The notes under the pieces are model-generated. The model ran no database searches and was not told the origin of the DNA. It saw nothing but the letters and a program-made list of their open reading frames with translations. From a virus (lineage: Duplodnaviria > Caudoviricetes): a stretch of 29,934 nt of DNA. Where the stretch lies: IMG/VR virus record IMGVR_UViG_3300029179_000022, positions 1-29,934 of that record, one strand, 5' to 3'. Both the position numbers and the translations under genes were made by a program. This document shows, piece after piece, positions 1-9,481 of this stretch (the first letter of the stretch is position 1; each line of letters opens with the position of its first letter).

Positions 1-17
1 GTTTCCCAGTCACGATC
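1..17 (+). other. Library artefact: Round A/B (SISPA-type) random amplification primer GTTTCCCAGTCACGATC
   Basis: Exact primer sequence at the contig start. Its reverse complement is at 29900-29916, followed by an Illumina adapter. Confidence 0.97.
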
Positions 18-18
18 T

Positions 19-693
19 GGTAGGGCTGTTACATATACAGGATTATCAAATGATCTAGCAAATATTGAAATCCCTGAAACAGTTGAGCGCGCTTTAACAC
101 GTCAAATGACAACTTCTTTAGATCGTGCTGCGATGGATGCTTTTAAAGCGGCTAAAGTGAAAGCAATTCCTGATGCGAGCGCTTCTTTAGTTTTTGATAC
201 TGATGGGACTCCAAGCACAACAGCTGCTGTTAATTTAGAATACTATCACGTCGAACAAATTCGAGATTATTTAGTTAGCACTTTATTAGCTCCTCCTTTT
301 GTTGGGGACGAGTATTTTTGCTTAGCTTCAACAAAAGCACTTCGTGGGTTAAAGCAGGATCCTAAGTGGGAAGAATGGAGCAAGTACACAATGCCAGAGG
401 CAAAGGCCACTGGTGAAGTAGGAAAAATCGAAGGGATTCGATTTGTAGAAGTTGCAGATACTGGTGCATTAAGCGCAAGCAAAGGAACCGGTGGAGTTTT
501 AGGCGAAGCTGTTTTCTTTGGAGCTGATGCAGTAGCTCAAGCAATGGTAGTTGTCCCTCATTTACGCCATGCAATTCCTTCTGATTTCGGAAGAAGCAAT
601 GCAGTTGCTTGGTATGGCATTTTAAAGTGGGACATTATTTGGGACACTGCAAACTCGGGCGAAGCTCGCGTTGTGCATTTAACATCTGCTTAA
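19..693 (+). CDS. Major capsid protein (N4-gp56-like, HK97 fold), 5'-truncated
   Basis: The frame is open from the primer junction (GRAVTYTGLSNDLANIEIPETVERALTRQM...), so ATG 106 is internal. Motifs GEVGKIEGIRFVE, AVFFGADAVAQA and DFGRSNAVAWYG are typical of this capsid family. The position fits a gene downstream of the portal in a permuted genome. Confidence 0.88.
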   Translation, partial: GRAVTYTGLSNDLANIEIPETVERALTRQMTTSLDRAAMDAFKAAKVKAIPDASASLVFDTDGTPSTTAAVNLEYYHVEQIRDYLVSTLLAPPFVGDEYFCLASTKALRGLKQDPKWEEWSKYTMPEAKATGEVGKIEGIRFVEVADTGALSASKGTGGVLGEAVFFGADAVAQAMVVVPHLRHAIPSDFGRSNAVAWYGILKWDIIWDTANSGEARVVHLTSA

Positions 694-709
694 TTTAAGG
701 AGTACTAAT

Positions 710-1117
710 ATGTATCAAAGAAGAATGACATGGAGTGCACAGGTAGTAGATGTTTTGAGTGCTACTGGTGACCATACTCAAATATTTGCACCTGGAATGC
801 GCGTAAAAGTTCATGCTGTAGGTGTATTAGTTAGCGTTGCCACTACTGGAGCTAGTGCGGTTGTAAAATTTGATCGTACTATTGCTGCTACTCGTGGTGA
901 CGGTGACGGTGGTGTTGTTACAGTGCCAAACTTAGCAGTTAATCAGGCTGTTATTGACACTACATCCACAATTTTCCCTTATGTTTTAAACGCAGGCAGT
1001 TTTATTACCCCAGAAGTAACAACAGCTGCAGGCGCAGGTTCAGGATTTTATTTTATTATTTATGAACCTCTAGAGGAAAATGATGCAAACGACGCCAACG
1101 TGCAGGAGTCTGCTTAA
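710..1117 (+). CDS. Putative capsid decoration/cementing protein
   Basis: Directly follows the capsid gene with SD AAGGAG and lies before the terminator. 135 aa, V/T/A/G-rich, beta-strand-like. Confidence 0.55.
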   Translation: MYQRRMTWSAQVVDVLSATGDHTQIFAPGMRVKVHAVGVLVSVATTGASAVVKFDRTIAATRGDGDGGVVTVPNLAVNQAVIDTTSTIFPYVLNAGSFITPEVTTAAGAGSGFYFIIYEPLEENDANDANVQESA

Positions 1118-1126
1118 TTAAAAAAT

Positions 1127-1157
1127 AACGGGGCGGTATAAAAACCGCTCCGTTTTT
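1127..1157 (+). terminator. Intrinsic terminator after the capsid/decoration genes
   Basis: Stem AACGGGGCGGT / ACCGCTCCGTT (one G-U pair), 6-nt loop, then a T run. An A run upstream makes bidirectional action possible. Confidence 0.8.
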
Positions 1158-1175
1158 AAACTATGGAGGTTTAAA

Positions 1176-1535
1176 ATGCCTGATATTGCAGCATCTAATG
1201 TTACGCATACTAGAAACAGAGTAGATAATTTAAATGGAACTAAAGTTTGGTATGGCAGTGTGTCTTTTGGCAATGGTTCTCTTACTTACCCAAGTGGGGG
1301 GATTCCTTCAGCAAAAAATGTTTATGGTTTTGCAAAAAGGATTTTGTCTTGGGAAGTTGTTGAAAGCAATGGAGATGCTTTGCTTTATGAATATGACATC
1401 TCAGCAGAGAAGATTCGTGCTTTTTTCCCTACACAGCAAACTGGAGCAACAGGCAATAGAGCAGGAATCGAGTTTACTGGTGGATCTACAGCGCCAACAG
1501 CTACTGTTTTACAAGTAAAAGCAACCGGTTTTTAA
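1176..1535 (+). CDS. Small virion structural protein
   Basis: SD GGAGG; 119 aa with a YPSGGIP motif seen in small head-region phage proteins; head-module context. Confidence 0.55.
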   Translation: MPDIAASNVTHTRNRVDNLNGTKVWYGSVSFGNGSLTYPSGGIPSAKNVYGFAKRILSWEVVESNGDALLYEYDISAEKIRAFFPTQQTGATGNRAGIEFTGGSTAPTATVLQVKATGF

Positions 1536-1552
1536 ATAGAAAGGAAGCTTAG

Positions 1553-1849
1553 ATGTTTGATAGAAAAGTTCATCATTTTGATGCTAAAGGGAATATGGTA
1601 AAAAGTACTCCATTTACAGAGCATATTATTCATGGATTGCCAAATCTAATCGTTCAAAATGGTAGGCTTTTAGATATTCAAGGGAAGGATTACCCAATTG
1701 AAATTTTACCTTTACACTTAAAAGAAAGGTATTGTCCTCATATTTTAGTTAAAGCTCCTCAGAAGCTGTTAGACGAGAATAAAGAAGAAGCATCTAATGA
1801 AATTAAAAGGCCAGGTCGCCCCAAAAAGAATCAAGTAGAAGGGGTTTAA
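1553..1849 (+). CDS. Hypothetical protein with C-terminal AT-hook-like motif
   Basis: 98 aa ending in KRPGRPKK; AGGA upstream. Confidence 0.6.
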   Translation: MFDRKVHHFDAKGNMVKSTPFTEHIIHGLPNLIVQNGRLLDIQGKDYPIEILPLHLKERYCPHILVKAPQKLLDENKEEASNEIKRPGRPKKNQVEGV

Positions 1850-1861
1850 AGGAGATAAATA

Positions 1862-2632
1862 ATGTCTTTTTTTAGACGACCAAATATCTGGAATCATACG
1901 CACTACCCAGAAAAGTCAAAGACTGCTATTGCAACAGCGCCAACTGGAAGCCAGCTTTCTTTTATAAGCGCTGTTTTGAGTAACAGGTCTGGAGGTGCTA
2001 TTTCAATGGGAATCGGATTTAAAACAGACGATACTCGTTGGAAAGCTGGCCAATGGGTAAACGGTTCTGCAACTTATACAGATGACACTACAGACGCACA
2101 AGATTCTGGTACTAATGATTTTGCATTGACCACAACTACAAATAACGATGGTTTTATTATTCAATCGTTAGATAAGTTTGGGATAGTGGGAATTCAAGTA
2201 ACAACTGCCCAAGCTGGAACACCAGTTTATGAATACAACTATTGGAATGGCTCTGCTTATGCTTCTTTATCAACTTTAGAAGTCCCAGCAAGTTATGCAG
2301 TAGGTGAAGTAACTATTGCCTTTTCTCCTCCTTTAGATTGGGCGCCAGTGGCGGCAGGCACTGCTCCGGCAACAAGTGGCATGGACGTTGGTAAATACGT
2401 TATTAGAGTTAGAGCAACGACAGCGCCTTCTACTGCTCCATTAGCATCTCTTATTTGGGTCTCAAGGTTTTTAAGTTTTAAGACAGCAGTTGCGACAGAT
2501 ACTCTATTAAACATTATTGCTTCAGACACGCAAAGAGGATTTATTTTAAACGGCGGAGAAAGTATCGTTCCATACTTTCAAACAGCGAATGCAAATAATT
2601 CAGTAGAAGTCGAATACTACATTAGGGGGTAA
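1862..2632 (+). CDS. Virion structural protein (beta-rich, possibly a head fibre or accessory protein)
   Basis: SD AAGGAG; 256 aa, T/S/G/A-rich, in the structural module. Confidence 0.6.
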   Translation: MSFFRRPNIWNHTHYPEKSKTAIATAPTGSQLSFISAVLSNRSGGAISMGIGFKTDDTRWKAGQWVNGSATYTDDTTDAQDSGTNDFALTTTTNNDGFIIQSLDKFGIVGIQVTTAQAGTPVYEYNYWNGSAYASLSTLEVPASYAVGEVTIAFSPPLDWAPVAAGTAPATSGMDVGKYVIRVRATTAPSTAPLASLIWVSRFLSFKTAVATDTLLNIIASDTQRGFILNGGESIVPYFQTANANNSVEVEYYIRG

Positions 2633-2633
2633 T

Positions 2634-2798
2634 ATGCCTAAAATTGAACATGGTTATTATGAAAAAGCTAAAGATTATATGCAAGTTGTAAAGGAAGCAA
2701 AGGCGCATAATACAAAAATGAAAATGCCCGAAGCTCCTAAAATGCAGAAACAGCCTGTTACTCCAACTAGACTATTTAAAGATGTAGTAAAAAAATAA
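2634..2798 (+). CDS. Small K/M-rich hypothetical protein (54 aa), not in the ORF track
   Basis: MPKIEHGYYEKAKDYMQVVKEAKAHNTKMKMPEAPKMQKQPVTPTRLFKDVVKK. Starts 1 nt after the upstream stop, with AGGGGGT as SD, and fills the gap. Confidence 0.65.
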   Translation: MPKIEHGYYEKAKDYMQVVKEAKAHNTKMKMPEAPKMQKQPVTPTRLFKDVVKK

Positions 2799-2800
2799 TT

Positions 2801-2878
2801 GGAGGTTTGGGCGGCGGTTAAAAATAAAGATCGTCTATTCAGCCAGGCACTTTGTAATACATCGCCGCTCATTAAATT
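2801..2878 (+). promoter_or_regulatory. Structured translation-initiation region: SD GGAGG separated from the ATG by an 11-bp stem
   Basis: TGGGCGGCGGT (2808-2818) pairs with ATCGCCGCTCA (2861-2871), including two G-U pairs. GGAGG is at 2801-2805, and no SD lies next to ATG 2879. Confidence 0.55.
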
Positions 2879-3868
2879 ATGGCTAATTTAAGAAGTGTTA
2901 CAGATTGCATTCAATACATGATGTTTAGAGCGGGAGAAGACCATACCGACTCAACAGGCGATTTTTATCAAAAAGCACTTGAATATTTAAATCTTACTCG
3001 TCTTGATTTATTTAAGGGTTCTAGTCCATTAAAAAGCGATGCCCATGTTGCATTTAAATGGGCCATAAAGGAGCCTGCTGGTATATTTATAATCCAACCA
3101 ATATATCAGACAGGAACAGTTCAAGTTACAGATGGCTCTTCAAGTATTACATTTTCAGTGGCTCCTACAATCTCTTTAACTGATTATTATTTATCAATTG
3201 ATAATGTTGAGGATGTTTTTAGGATATCTTCGCATACAGTTGGTAATGTAATGGCTACTATTGATGTTGAGTATACTGGGACAAGTAGTTCATCAGCTAC
3301 GTTTAAAGCAATGCCGCTAATCTACACATTAGGAAATAACGATATTATACGATTAATATCTCCTATAAGGATTTACAGATCTGCAGTCGATAATAATGAC
3401 CAAAAAATATATGGAATAGTTGAAGATAAATTTGATCTTTTATTCCCTATGAACAGGATAAAGCAGGGAGTTTCAGAGGCATTTAAAATATTAAGTCAAG
3501 TAGATAATAATACTAAAATACAAGTTTCAAAGTATTCAACGGAAAAGATAAAATGTGAATACAGATACATTTTAATGCCTGGAGATTTATCTACTAGTTC
3601 TTCTGATAGTGAAATAAAAATTCCAAGAGAATATAGGCAGGGCTGGTGTGAATGGGCTCTTGCTTTATTGCAAGAAGATAAGACAGATAACAGGCAACAG
3701 GGGTCTTTAGATAAAGCGCAACAATGGTTCAATACTATGGTTAAAGATTACCTTTACAGTGATCAAGAAATTGATCCTCTTTTTAATCATATTATTTCAA
3801 GAGAAGACGATTATGCATTTGGTGAAGATAGGGTTTTAAGAACTTCATCGGGGTTAATAATTGGATGA
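2879..3868 (+). CDS. Head-tail adaptor / tail tubular protein A-like, with an inserted beta domain
   Basis: N-terminal helices (ALEYLNLTRLDL) and a C-terminal IPREYRQGWCEWALA helix are typical of podovirus adaptors. Internal GTVQVTDGSSSITFS insertion. Precedes the nozzle gene. Confidence 0.7.
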   Translation: MANLRSVTDCIQYMMFRAGEDHTDSTGDFYQKALEYLNLTRLDLFKGSSPLKSDAHVAFKWAIKEPAGIFIIQPIYQTGTVQVTDGSSSITFSVAPTISLTDYYLSIDNVEDVFRISSHTVGNVMATIDVEYTGTSSSSATFKAMPLIYTLGNNDIIRLISPIRIYRSAVDNNDQKIYGIVEDKFDLLFPMNRIKQGVSEAFKILSQVDNNTKIQVSKYSTEKIKCEYRYILMPGDLSTSSSDSEIKIPREYRQGWCEWALALLQEDKTDNRQQGSLDKAQQWFNTMVKDYLYSDQEIDPLFNHIISREDDYAFGEDRVLRTSSGLIIG

Positions 3869-5436
3869 GCTATAATGGGTTTAAAGATACTTTGTACATG
3901 GGAGAAGGCGGCTTAGATTTAAGTCGTAATAAGACTGCTATTGCGAGAAATAAGCTTATATTTTCTGAAAACATAGAGATTATTGAGGGCATGACTGGTA
4001 AGGAAGGTGGATCAACTAATGCAAATAGTTCTGCAATTAGTGGTAGTCCTTCAGTTATTGCAGGGATAGATTATTACCCAACGGCAGGCACTCAAAGACT
4101 TGTAATAGCAACATCTGATGGGAAGCTTTATAAAGACGACGGGACTTTTACATTTGGGACTACATTAAAAAGCGGCCTTGGGACTAGTAAAGTTACTCAA
4201 TTTGTTGAAGGTGGAGCAGAGGCAACAGGAAATTCTAAACATTTATTTTGTTTTAATGGTAATGACCCAGTTCAAGTTTTAACAGCGGATGGAATTACTA
4301 CTGCAAACATAGCTACACCTCCAGCTGATTGGACAGGCACAGCTCAGCCTGTCGCGGGGTGTTTACATAATTTAAGATTATGGGGAATCCGCAGTCATTT
4401 TCTTTATGGATCTACCACGACTAATCACGAAGATTTTACAGGAGCAGGAAGTCAACTTTTCCCTGTGTGGCCAGGAGAAGGAGAAGAGCTTTACGGGATT
4501 GTATCAGTTTTTGGTAGACTATTTTTATTTAAAAAACAAACAGGAATTTATTATTTAGACGACACAGATTTCGACTCGGCTAATTGGGTTGTTAGAAAAT
4601 TAACTGGAGCAATAGGAATCGCATCTCCTACAGCTATTGCTTACACTAAACAAGAGGCTTTATTTGTCTCTGATGAGGGTGGAGTTCATTTATTAAGCGC
4701 AGTTCAAGATTTTGGTGACGTAAAAGCTTCAGACTTAACTGCTTTTCTTAACATTGAAAAAATAACAAAAGAAGAAATGAATAGAAATAGGATGCAGTAT
4801 ATCACTTGCGCTTACTATGAAGATAAAAAGCAAGCTTGGATTGGATACACTTCAAAAACAGGGACAACAAACGATAGGATTTTAAAGTTAGACTTTTCAA
4901 ATTTAACAAATATTAAAGCAACAATTACAACAAAAGATAGTTGTGAATCTATTTTTATCAGAAAAAATTCATCAGGCTTAAGGAAGCCTTTATTGGGGAC
5001 ATCTACTGGATTTGTTAGAACAACAGACGACTCTAATAGAGCAGTTAACTCTTCTGCTTATATTGGAAGATTTCAGACTCCATTTCTTACATTTGAAAAC
5101 GTAAGTCCTGAATTAAAAACACAAGCAAAGCTATTTGATTTTTTAGAAATCGAAGCTGCTCCAGTTGGCAACCATGCCATAGCAGTTGATGTTTTTATTG
5201 ATGGGAATTATTTCCAAACTTTATTTTTTAATATGGGGGCGCAAGGAGGGGCTTTAGATAGTTTTATCCTCGATACGGACAGAGTTGATGGGACAGGAAT
5301 AACTAATAAAAAGAAAAGATTATTTGGGAGCGGCAGATCAATTAGCTACTCTGTATATAACTCAGGATTAAATCAAGATTTCCAAATTGCAAGCTTAACC
5401 ACATACTTTAGAGTTGGTTCAGAGGATTTAAGATAA
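3865..5436 (+). CDS. Tail nozzle / packaged-DNA stabilization protein (P22 gp10 / tubular protein B-like)
   Basis: 523 aa with beta-propeller-like segments (HNLRLW, GRLFLFKK, GIASPTAI, FVSDEGGVH) and a C-terminal GSGRSISYSV. ATGA-coupled to the adaptor gene. Confidence 0.75.
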   Translation: MSYNGFKDTLYMGEGGLDLSRNKTAIARNKLIFSENIEIIEGMTGKEGGSTNANSSAISGSPSVIAGIDYYPTAGTQRLVIATSDGKLYKDDGTFTFGTTLKSGLGTSKVTQFVEGGAEATGNSKHLFCFNGNDPVQVLTADGITTANIATPPADWTGTAQPVAGCLHNLRLWGIRSHFLYGSTTTNHEDFTGAGSQLFPVWPGEGEELYGIVSVFGRLFLFKKQTGIYYLDDTDFDSANWVVRKLTGAIGIASPTAIAYTKQEALFVSDEGGVHLLSAVQDFGDVKASDLTAFLNIEKITKEEMNRNRMQYITCAYYEDKKQAWIGYTSKTGTTNDRILKLDFSNLTNIKATITTKDSCESIFIRKNSSGLRKPLLGTSTGFVRTTDDSNRAVNSSAYIGRFQTPFLTFENVSPELKTQAKLFDFLEIEAAPVGNHAIAVDVFIDGNYFQTLFFNMGAQGGALDSFILDTDRVDGTGITNKKKRLFGSGRSISYSVYNSGLNQDFQIASLTTYFRVGSEDLR

Positions 5437-5861
5437 TGACAATAAAAGAAAAAATTCAAGAGAGATATAATAATTCTAAAAATAGTATTTTACCTGAGAA
5501 TATAAAAAGAAATAATCATGGCGCTATTGAAGAAGTAAATTGTTGGTGCTGTGGCGCAGTAGTTGCTGGATGGGTAGATAGTGAAATAACTAAAACAGAG
5601 TCTGTAAATGGAGTTCATAAAGTTTATATAAGGCAGCGTTTTACGCAATTTGGGAATTATACAAAGGCACAATATGTTTTATCAGATGGGTCTAACTATA
5701 CACCAATAGTTTGTAAAAATTGTGTTGATAATTGCGATATGCAAACAGGAGAGAGTATTTATTCAAGAGATTTAATGATTAGAATGAAAGATGGCGTTGA
5801 AGAAAAAGAATTAGAGAGATTATCACTTCTAGAAATAAGGGAATTAAAAAATGCCAGGTAA
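5436..5861 (+). CDS. Hypothetical Zn-binding protein in the tail module
   Basis: CWCCG and VCKNC cysteine pairs; overlaps both neighbouring genes. Confidence 0.65.
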   Translation: MTIKEKIQERYNNSKNSILPENIKRNNHGAIEEVNCWCCGAVVAGWVDSEITKTESVNGVHKVYIRQRFTQFGNYTKAQYVLSDGSNYTPIVCKNCVDNCDMQTGESIYSRDLMIRMKDGVEEKELERLSLLEIRELKNAR

Positions 5862-7917
5862 TTACACAAGAGTTAAGACTTGGTCTAGTGGAGAGATCTT
5901 AACAGCAGCAGATTTAAATGCAGAGTTTAATAACGAAATAAATAATGCAATACCAAGCTCAATAGACGATTATAGTACTAATGCAGCTCAAATGCAGTCT
6001 ATTGTTAGTCCTGGAGACGTTGGCACGGAGTCATTAGCGACTAGCTTGTCTGGAGAATTAGAAAGACTTAGATATGTTTTAAACAGAATGATAGGCGGCT
6101 CTCAATGGTATAGTGCCCCACCTTTATCTTTAACTGATATTGCACAGTCATCTAAGAAGGTCGCCTTTGCTTTAGAGTTTGAAGGAGCGAATGGTGGGGC
6201 TTCTACTACCACCGATGTTGTAGCTAAAACTGTTAATCTTGGGGCAATTATTAATCCAATGACTTGGTCTAGTGCGGACTTCACCACTTCTGATCTTGAT
6301 TCTACTAATAAAAAATTTGGCGCTTATAGCTTTACACTAGGCGCAGGTAATGCAATTGCATTTAGCGGTGAGCATGGGAATCCTTTTAAAGGGTCTTTTA
6401 GTGCTTGGTTTAGAAACTTAGCAGCAGGCGATTATATTGCTTATAATCCTCTTTTAGGAATTGAGTTGTATTTAGACTCTGTTACTAGTTTTCTAACTTC
6501 TAAAATTACTGAAAGAGTAGCAACGTCTGAATCTGTTAAAAGAACTAAAACAGTTGTCGGGGCAAGCTCTAGGGCAGGAGACGCTACTTTTAGAAATGTT
6601 ACAACAAAATGGAGATGTAACGATGAAAATGGTGCAAGCACGGATTTATTACAACTAGAGTTTTCAGGGACTGACGAAGGGACACAATTAAATACACAAG
6701 ATATAGATATAAATCCTGGTCTTGGCGGCGTTTGGTTTTTTGGTGCTAAAAAGAATGACCCTACTTGGGATCATGTTTATGCAGCCAATGGATTGCCATC
6801 AGCACACTCTGATGCCTGGACTAAAACAGGAACTTTTACTGAAGCGGCATCATCTGGGGCTTTAAATATGTCAATATCTGGCCTTACTGGTGCTCAACAT
6901 TATAGTAAAACAAATAATATTGATCTTGATGGAATGACTATTGATTTTAAATTTAAATTAAATTCTGTAACTACTAGAGGAGTAATATTAGAAGATCGTG
7001 TTTATGTAATGGTTAGAGATGATTCTAAAAACAGGTCGCACGCGATTGTTTTTAACGAGGGAGTAGTTAGTTTGGTTTTTGTGACTGGCGGTGCTCCTTC
7101 TGGGGCAAGCTCGATAAATATGTACGATATTTTAATTAATACTAGCGTTTATCATACTTACAGACTTACTTCAGTAGCTTCCGGAGCGGATTGTATAGTT
7201 TCATTGTTTATTGATGGCGTTAAAGTTTTGCAAACGACAAATCAATTAGCTGAAACTACTGCAGGAGATGTTATATTATTTGGTGGAAGTGAAGGTTCAA
7301 ATTATTCTTATGATTTTAATATTGAACAATTTAGATATGAATCTAATGGGAGTACAACGGTTTATCCTCCTATAGCAGCTAACACTCAAGGAAACTTAGA
7401 TTCAATAGGCATAACTAGTTTTATTATTTCGGATACTTCAATAACTGCGCTTCAATCAAATTCTTTTACGGATGTTTTTGGGCAAGAGCCAAGATATGGT
7501 GTTTATTTGCCTCCTACTATTCTTTTTGAAAGAAATGGCAATGCAGGGAATATTTCTTCTACAACTCTTACAGATTATGGACAACAAGTTTACTATATTG
7601 CTGGCGACGGTGTGACTGAATTAGGTTTTAGGTTTGGATCTAATATCCAAGGATCTGGCGGTTCTCCGGATTTTCTTGCTGCAATAGATGTGGATAATGA
7701 CTTTGTTGGTGCAACAACTCCAATTGCTTACGGATCTGTTAGATTAGATTCAAATGTATCAGAGCAACGTCCTTTTATTGCTCATAGAACGGTTATTTTA
7801 AAACCTGGACTTCATGAAATTAGACCAAACGTTGCAGTAACTAGCAACTCTGTAATTATTGATGATGCAGAGCAAATATTCGAAAGGTATATTGTAAAGG
7901 ATAAGAAGCTTGCATGA
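5851..7917 (+). CDS. Tail fibre / receptor-binding protein with LamG/concanavalin-A-like domains
   Basis: N-terminal anchor YTRVKTWSSGEILTAADLNAEFNN. LamG-like motifs KFGAYS, GSFSAWFR and GNLDSIGI, plus a second lectin-like set (TIDFKFK, YHTYRL, LFIDG). Confidence 0.75.
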   Translation: MPGNYTRVKTWSSGEILTAADLNAEFNNEINNAIPSSIDDYSTNAAQMQSIVSPGDVGTESLATSLSGELERLRYVLNRMIGGSQWYSAPPLSLTDIAQSSKKVAFALEFEGANGGASTTTDVVAKTVNLGAIINPMTWSSADFTTSDLDSTNKKFGAYSFTLGAGNAIAFSGEHGNPFKGSFSAWFRNLAAGDYIAYNPLLGIELYLDSVTSFLTSKITERVATSESVKRTKTVVGASSRAGDATFRNVTTKWRCNDENGASTDLLQLEFSGTDEGTQLNTQDIDINPGLGGVWFFGAKKNDPTWDHVYAANGLPSAHSDAWTKTGTFTEAASSGALNMSISGLTGAQHYSKTNNIDLDGMTIDFKFKLNSVTTRGVILEDRVYVMVRDDSKNRSHAIVFNEGVVSLVFVTGGAPSGASSINMYDILINTSVYHTYRLTSVASGADCIVSLFIDGVKVLQTTNQLAETTAGDVILFGGSEGSNYSYDFNIEQFRYESNGSTTVYPPIAANTQGNLDSIGITSFIISDTSITALQSNSFTDVFGQEPRYGVYLPPTILFERNGNAGNISSTTLTDYGQQVYYIAGDGVTELGFRFGSNIQGSGGSPDFLAAIDVDNDFVGATTPIAYGSVRLDSNVSEQRPFIAHRTVILKPGLHEIRPNVAVTSNSVIIDDAEQIFERYIVKDKKLA

Positions 7918-8351
7918 AGATAAAGGGAGTTAAAAGCAGAAAAGCTACAATGGAAGATATTGCACAAATATTACATTTAGCAAAAGAGTATTACGACGAG
8001 TTAAATATTAAAGAATATGGAAATACTTTTGACGCTAAATCAGTGGCTAGTCAGGCGGCAATAATGATTAGTAATGGGATAAATGCTTTATTTTTGGCTG
8101 AACACGAAGGTAAAGTTATAGGGATGGCTGGAGTATCTATTTGCCCTAGTTATTTTAATGTGAATGAGAATGCAATTCACTCACACGTTGTTTTTATAAA
8201 GAAAGAATACAGAAATAAGTCTGCTATTCGTCAGCTTGTTTCAAGCATGAAAAGTTGGGCAGAAAATAAACATTTGCCATGGCTTCAGAGACATTTAACA
8301 GTAGGAAAAAAAGATAAATTTACTTTTACGAGGATAAAAAATCATGTCTGA
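7914..8351 (+). CDS. GNAT-family acetyltransferase-like protein
   Basis: RKATMEDIAQI, LFLAEHEGKVIGMAG and VFIKKEYRNK motifs. Sits just before the ejection proteins, as is usual in podoviruses. Confidence 0.85.
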   Translation: MKIKGVKSRKATMEDIAQILHLAKEYYDELNIKEYGNTFDAKSVASQAAIMISNGINALFLAEHEGKVIGMAGVSICPSYFNVNENAIHSHVVFIKKEYRNKSAIRQLVSSMKSWAENKHLPWLQRHLTVGKKDKFTFTRIKNHV

Positions 8352-9480
8352 TCCAGTAACAGCGGGGTTAGCGTTAGGAATTGGGGGGACTGTAGCTGGT
8401 GGTGTTGGCTCTTTTCTTAACGCTCCTAGCGGTCCTAAAGTTGCAGAGTTACCGCCTGAACTAGAATTAGAGCAAATAAGGATACTCCAGAATCAAATAA
8501 GCGCTTTTGAACAGGAAAGCGCCAGAACAAGTATCATTGCTGATAATTTACAGAGTAGGGCAAACATTTATACTGGGTTAGCCGATGGCTTAATCCCTGA
8601 ACAAGCTGCAATACAAGCAATAAATAAACAAAATGAAGAGATTGCTCGTAATTTTGGTCAAGAAGCCTTAAGACAAGTACAGCTATTAAGCAATGATCAA
8701 GAAGAACAGTTAGACAGAAATTTAAGAGATACTATAAGGGCAGAAACTCAGCGGTTAGCCGGAGCGGATCCTCTTGCTATAGGGAAAGATCCAAGAGTAG
8801 AAGCGGAAATAACTAGAGGAAGGGCGCAATTAGAAGAAGAATTAGCTAGAAGATATGGTCCTGGCTATGCAGACACAGAAGCAGGCAGAAGGGCTTTTTT
8901 ATCTTTTGAAGAAGGCGCTCAAAATCTAAGGTTTAATTCTGCAAGAGAAAGATCAGACCAATTAGGAAGATTATCCAATATTGCAGGTCAAACAGAAGGA
9001 CAAAGACTAGCACAAAATCAACAAAGGCAATCGTTTGCTCAGTTTTTACTAGGAGGAAGGGAAGCTTCTGTAAATCAGTTAGGTCAAGCAACTAATTTAG
9101 GGTTACAAGCAGAATCATTAGGGCAGCAAGCATTCGCCAATGCAGCCCAAATAGGACAATCAGGAGTGCAGTTATCTCAAATCCCATTTTCAACTCTTCA
9201 ATCATTTGGAAATCAAAACATTTCTGGAACAACAAGAAATTTATTAGAATCTGGTAGAGTAGGCCCAGGAAGTGTTTTTCAACAAACAGGCGGCATTTCC
9301 AGAGGGAAAACTGGCCAATTTAGAGAGCTAGTAAGTAGCGCAGAAAATCAAATAACTTCTGGTAGATTAAGAAATCTTAATGTTGGAAGGTATACTTTAA
9401 ACAATGGCTTTCAGGTGTCTGGTGATCCTCAAAGTGCCTTAGATCGTTTGAGAAGCTTTAGACTTTTAGGGAGGCGTTAA
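8344..9480 (+). CDS. Internal virion / DNA ejection protein 1
   Basis: N-terminus MSDPVTAGLALGIGGTVAGGVGS (Gly/Ala hydrophobic) followed by a Q-rich helical body; first of three large helical genes. Confidence 0.7.
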   Translation: MSDPVTAGLALGIGGTVAGGVGSFLNAPSGPKVAELPPELELEQIRILQNQISAFEQESARTSIIADNLQSRANIYTGLADGLIPEQAAIQAINKQNEEIARNFGQEALRQVQLLSNDQEEQLDRNLRDTIRAETQRLAGADPLAIGKDPRVEAEITRGRAQLEEELARRYGPGYADTEAGRRAFLSFEEGAQNLRFNSARERSDQLGRLSNIAGQTEGQRLAQNQQRQSFAQFLLGGREASVNQLGQATNLGLQAESLGQQAFANAAQIGQSGVQLSQIPFSTLQSFGNQNISGTTRNLLESGRVGPGSVFQQTGGISRGKTGQFRELVSSAENQITSGRLRNLNVGRYTLNNGFQVSGDPQSALDRLRSFRLLGRR

Positions 9481-9481
9481 T

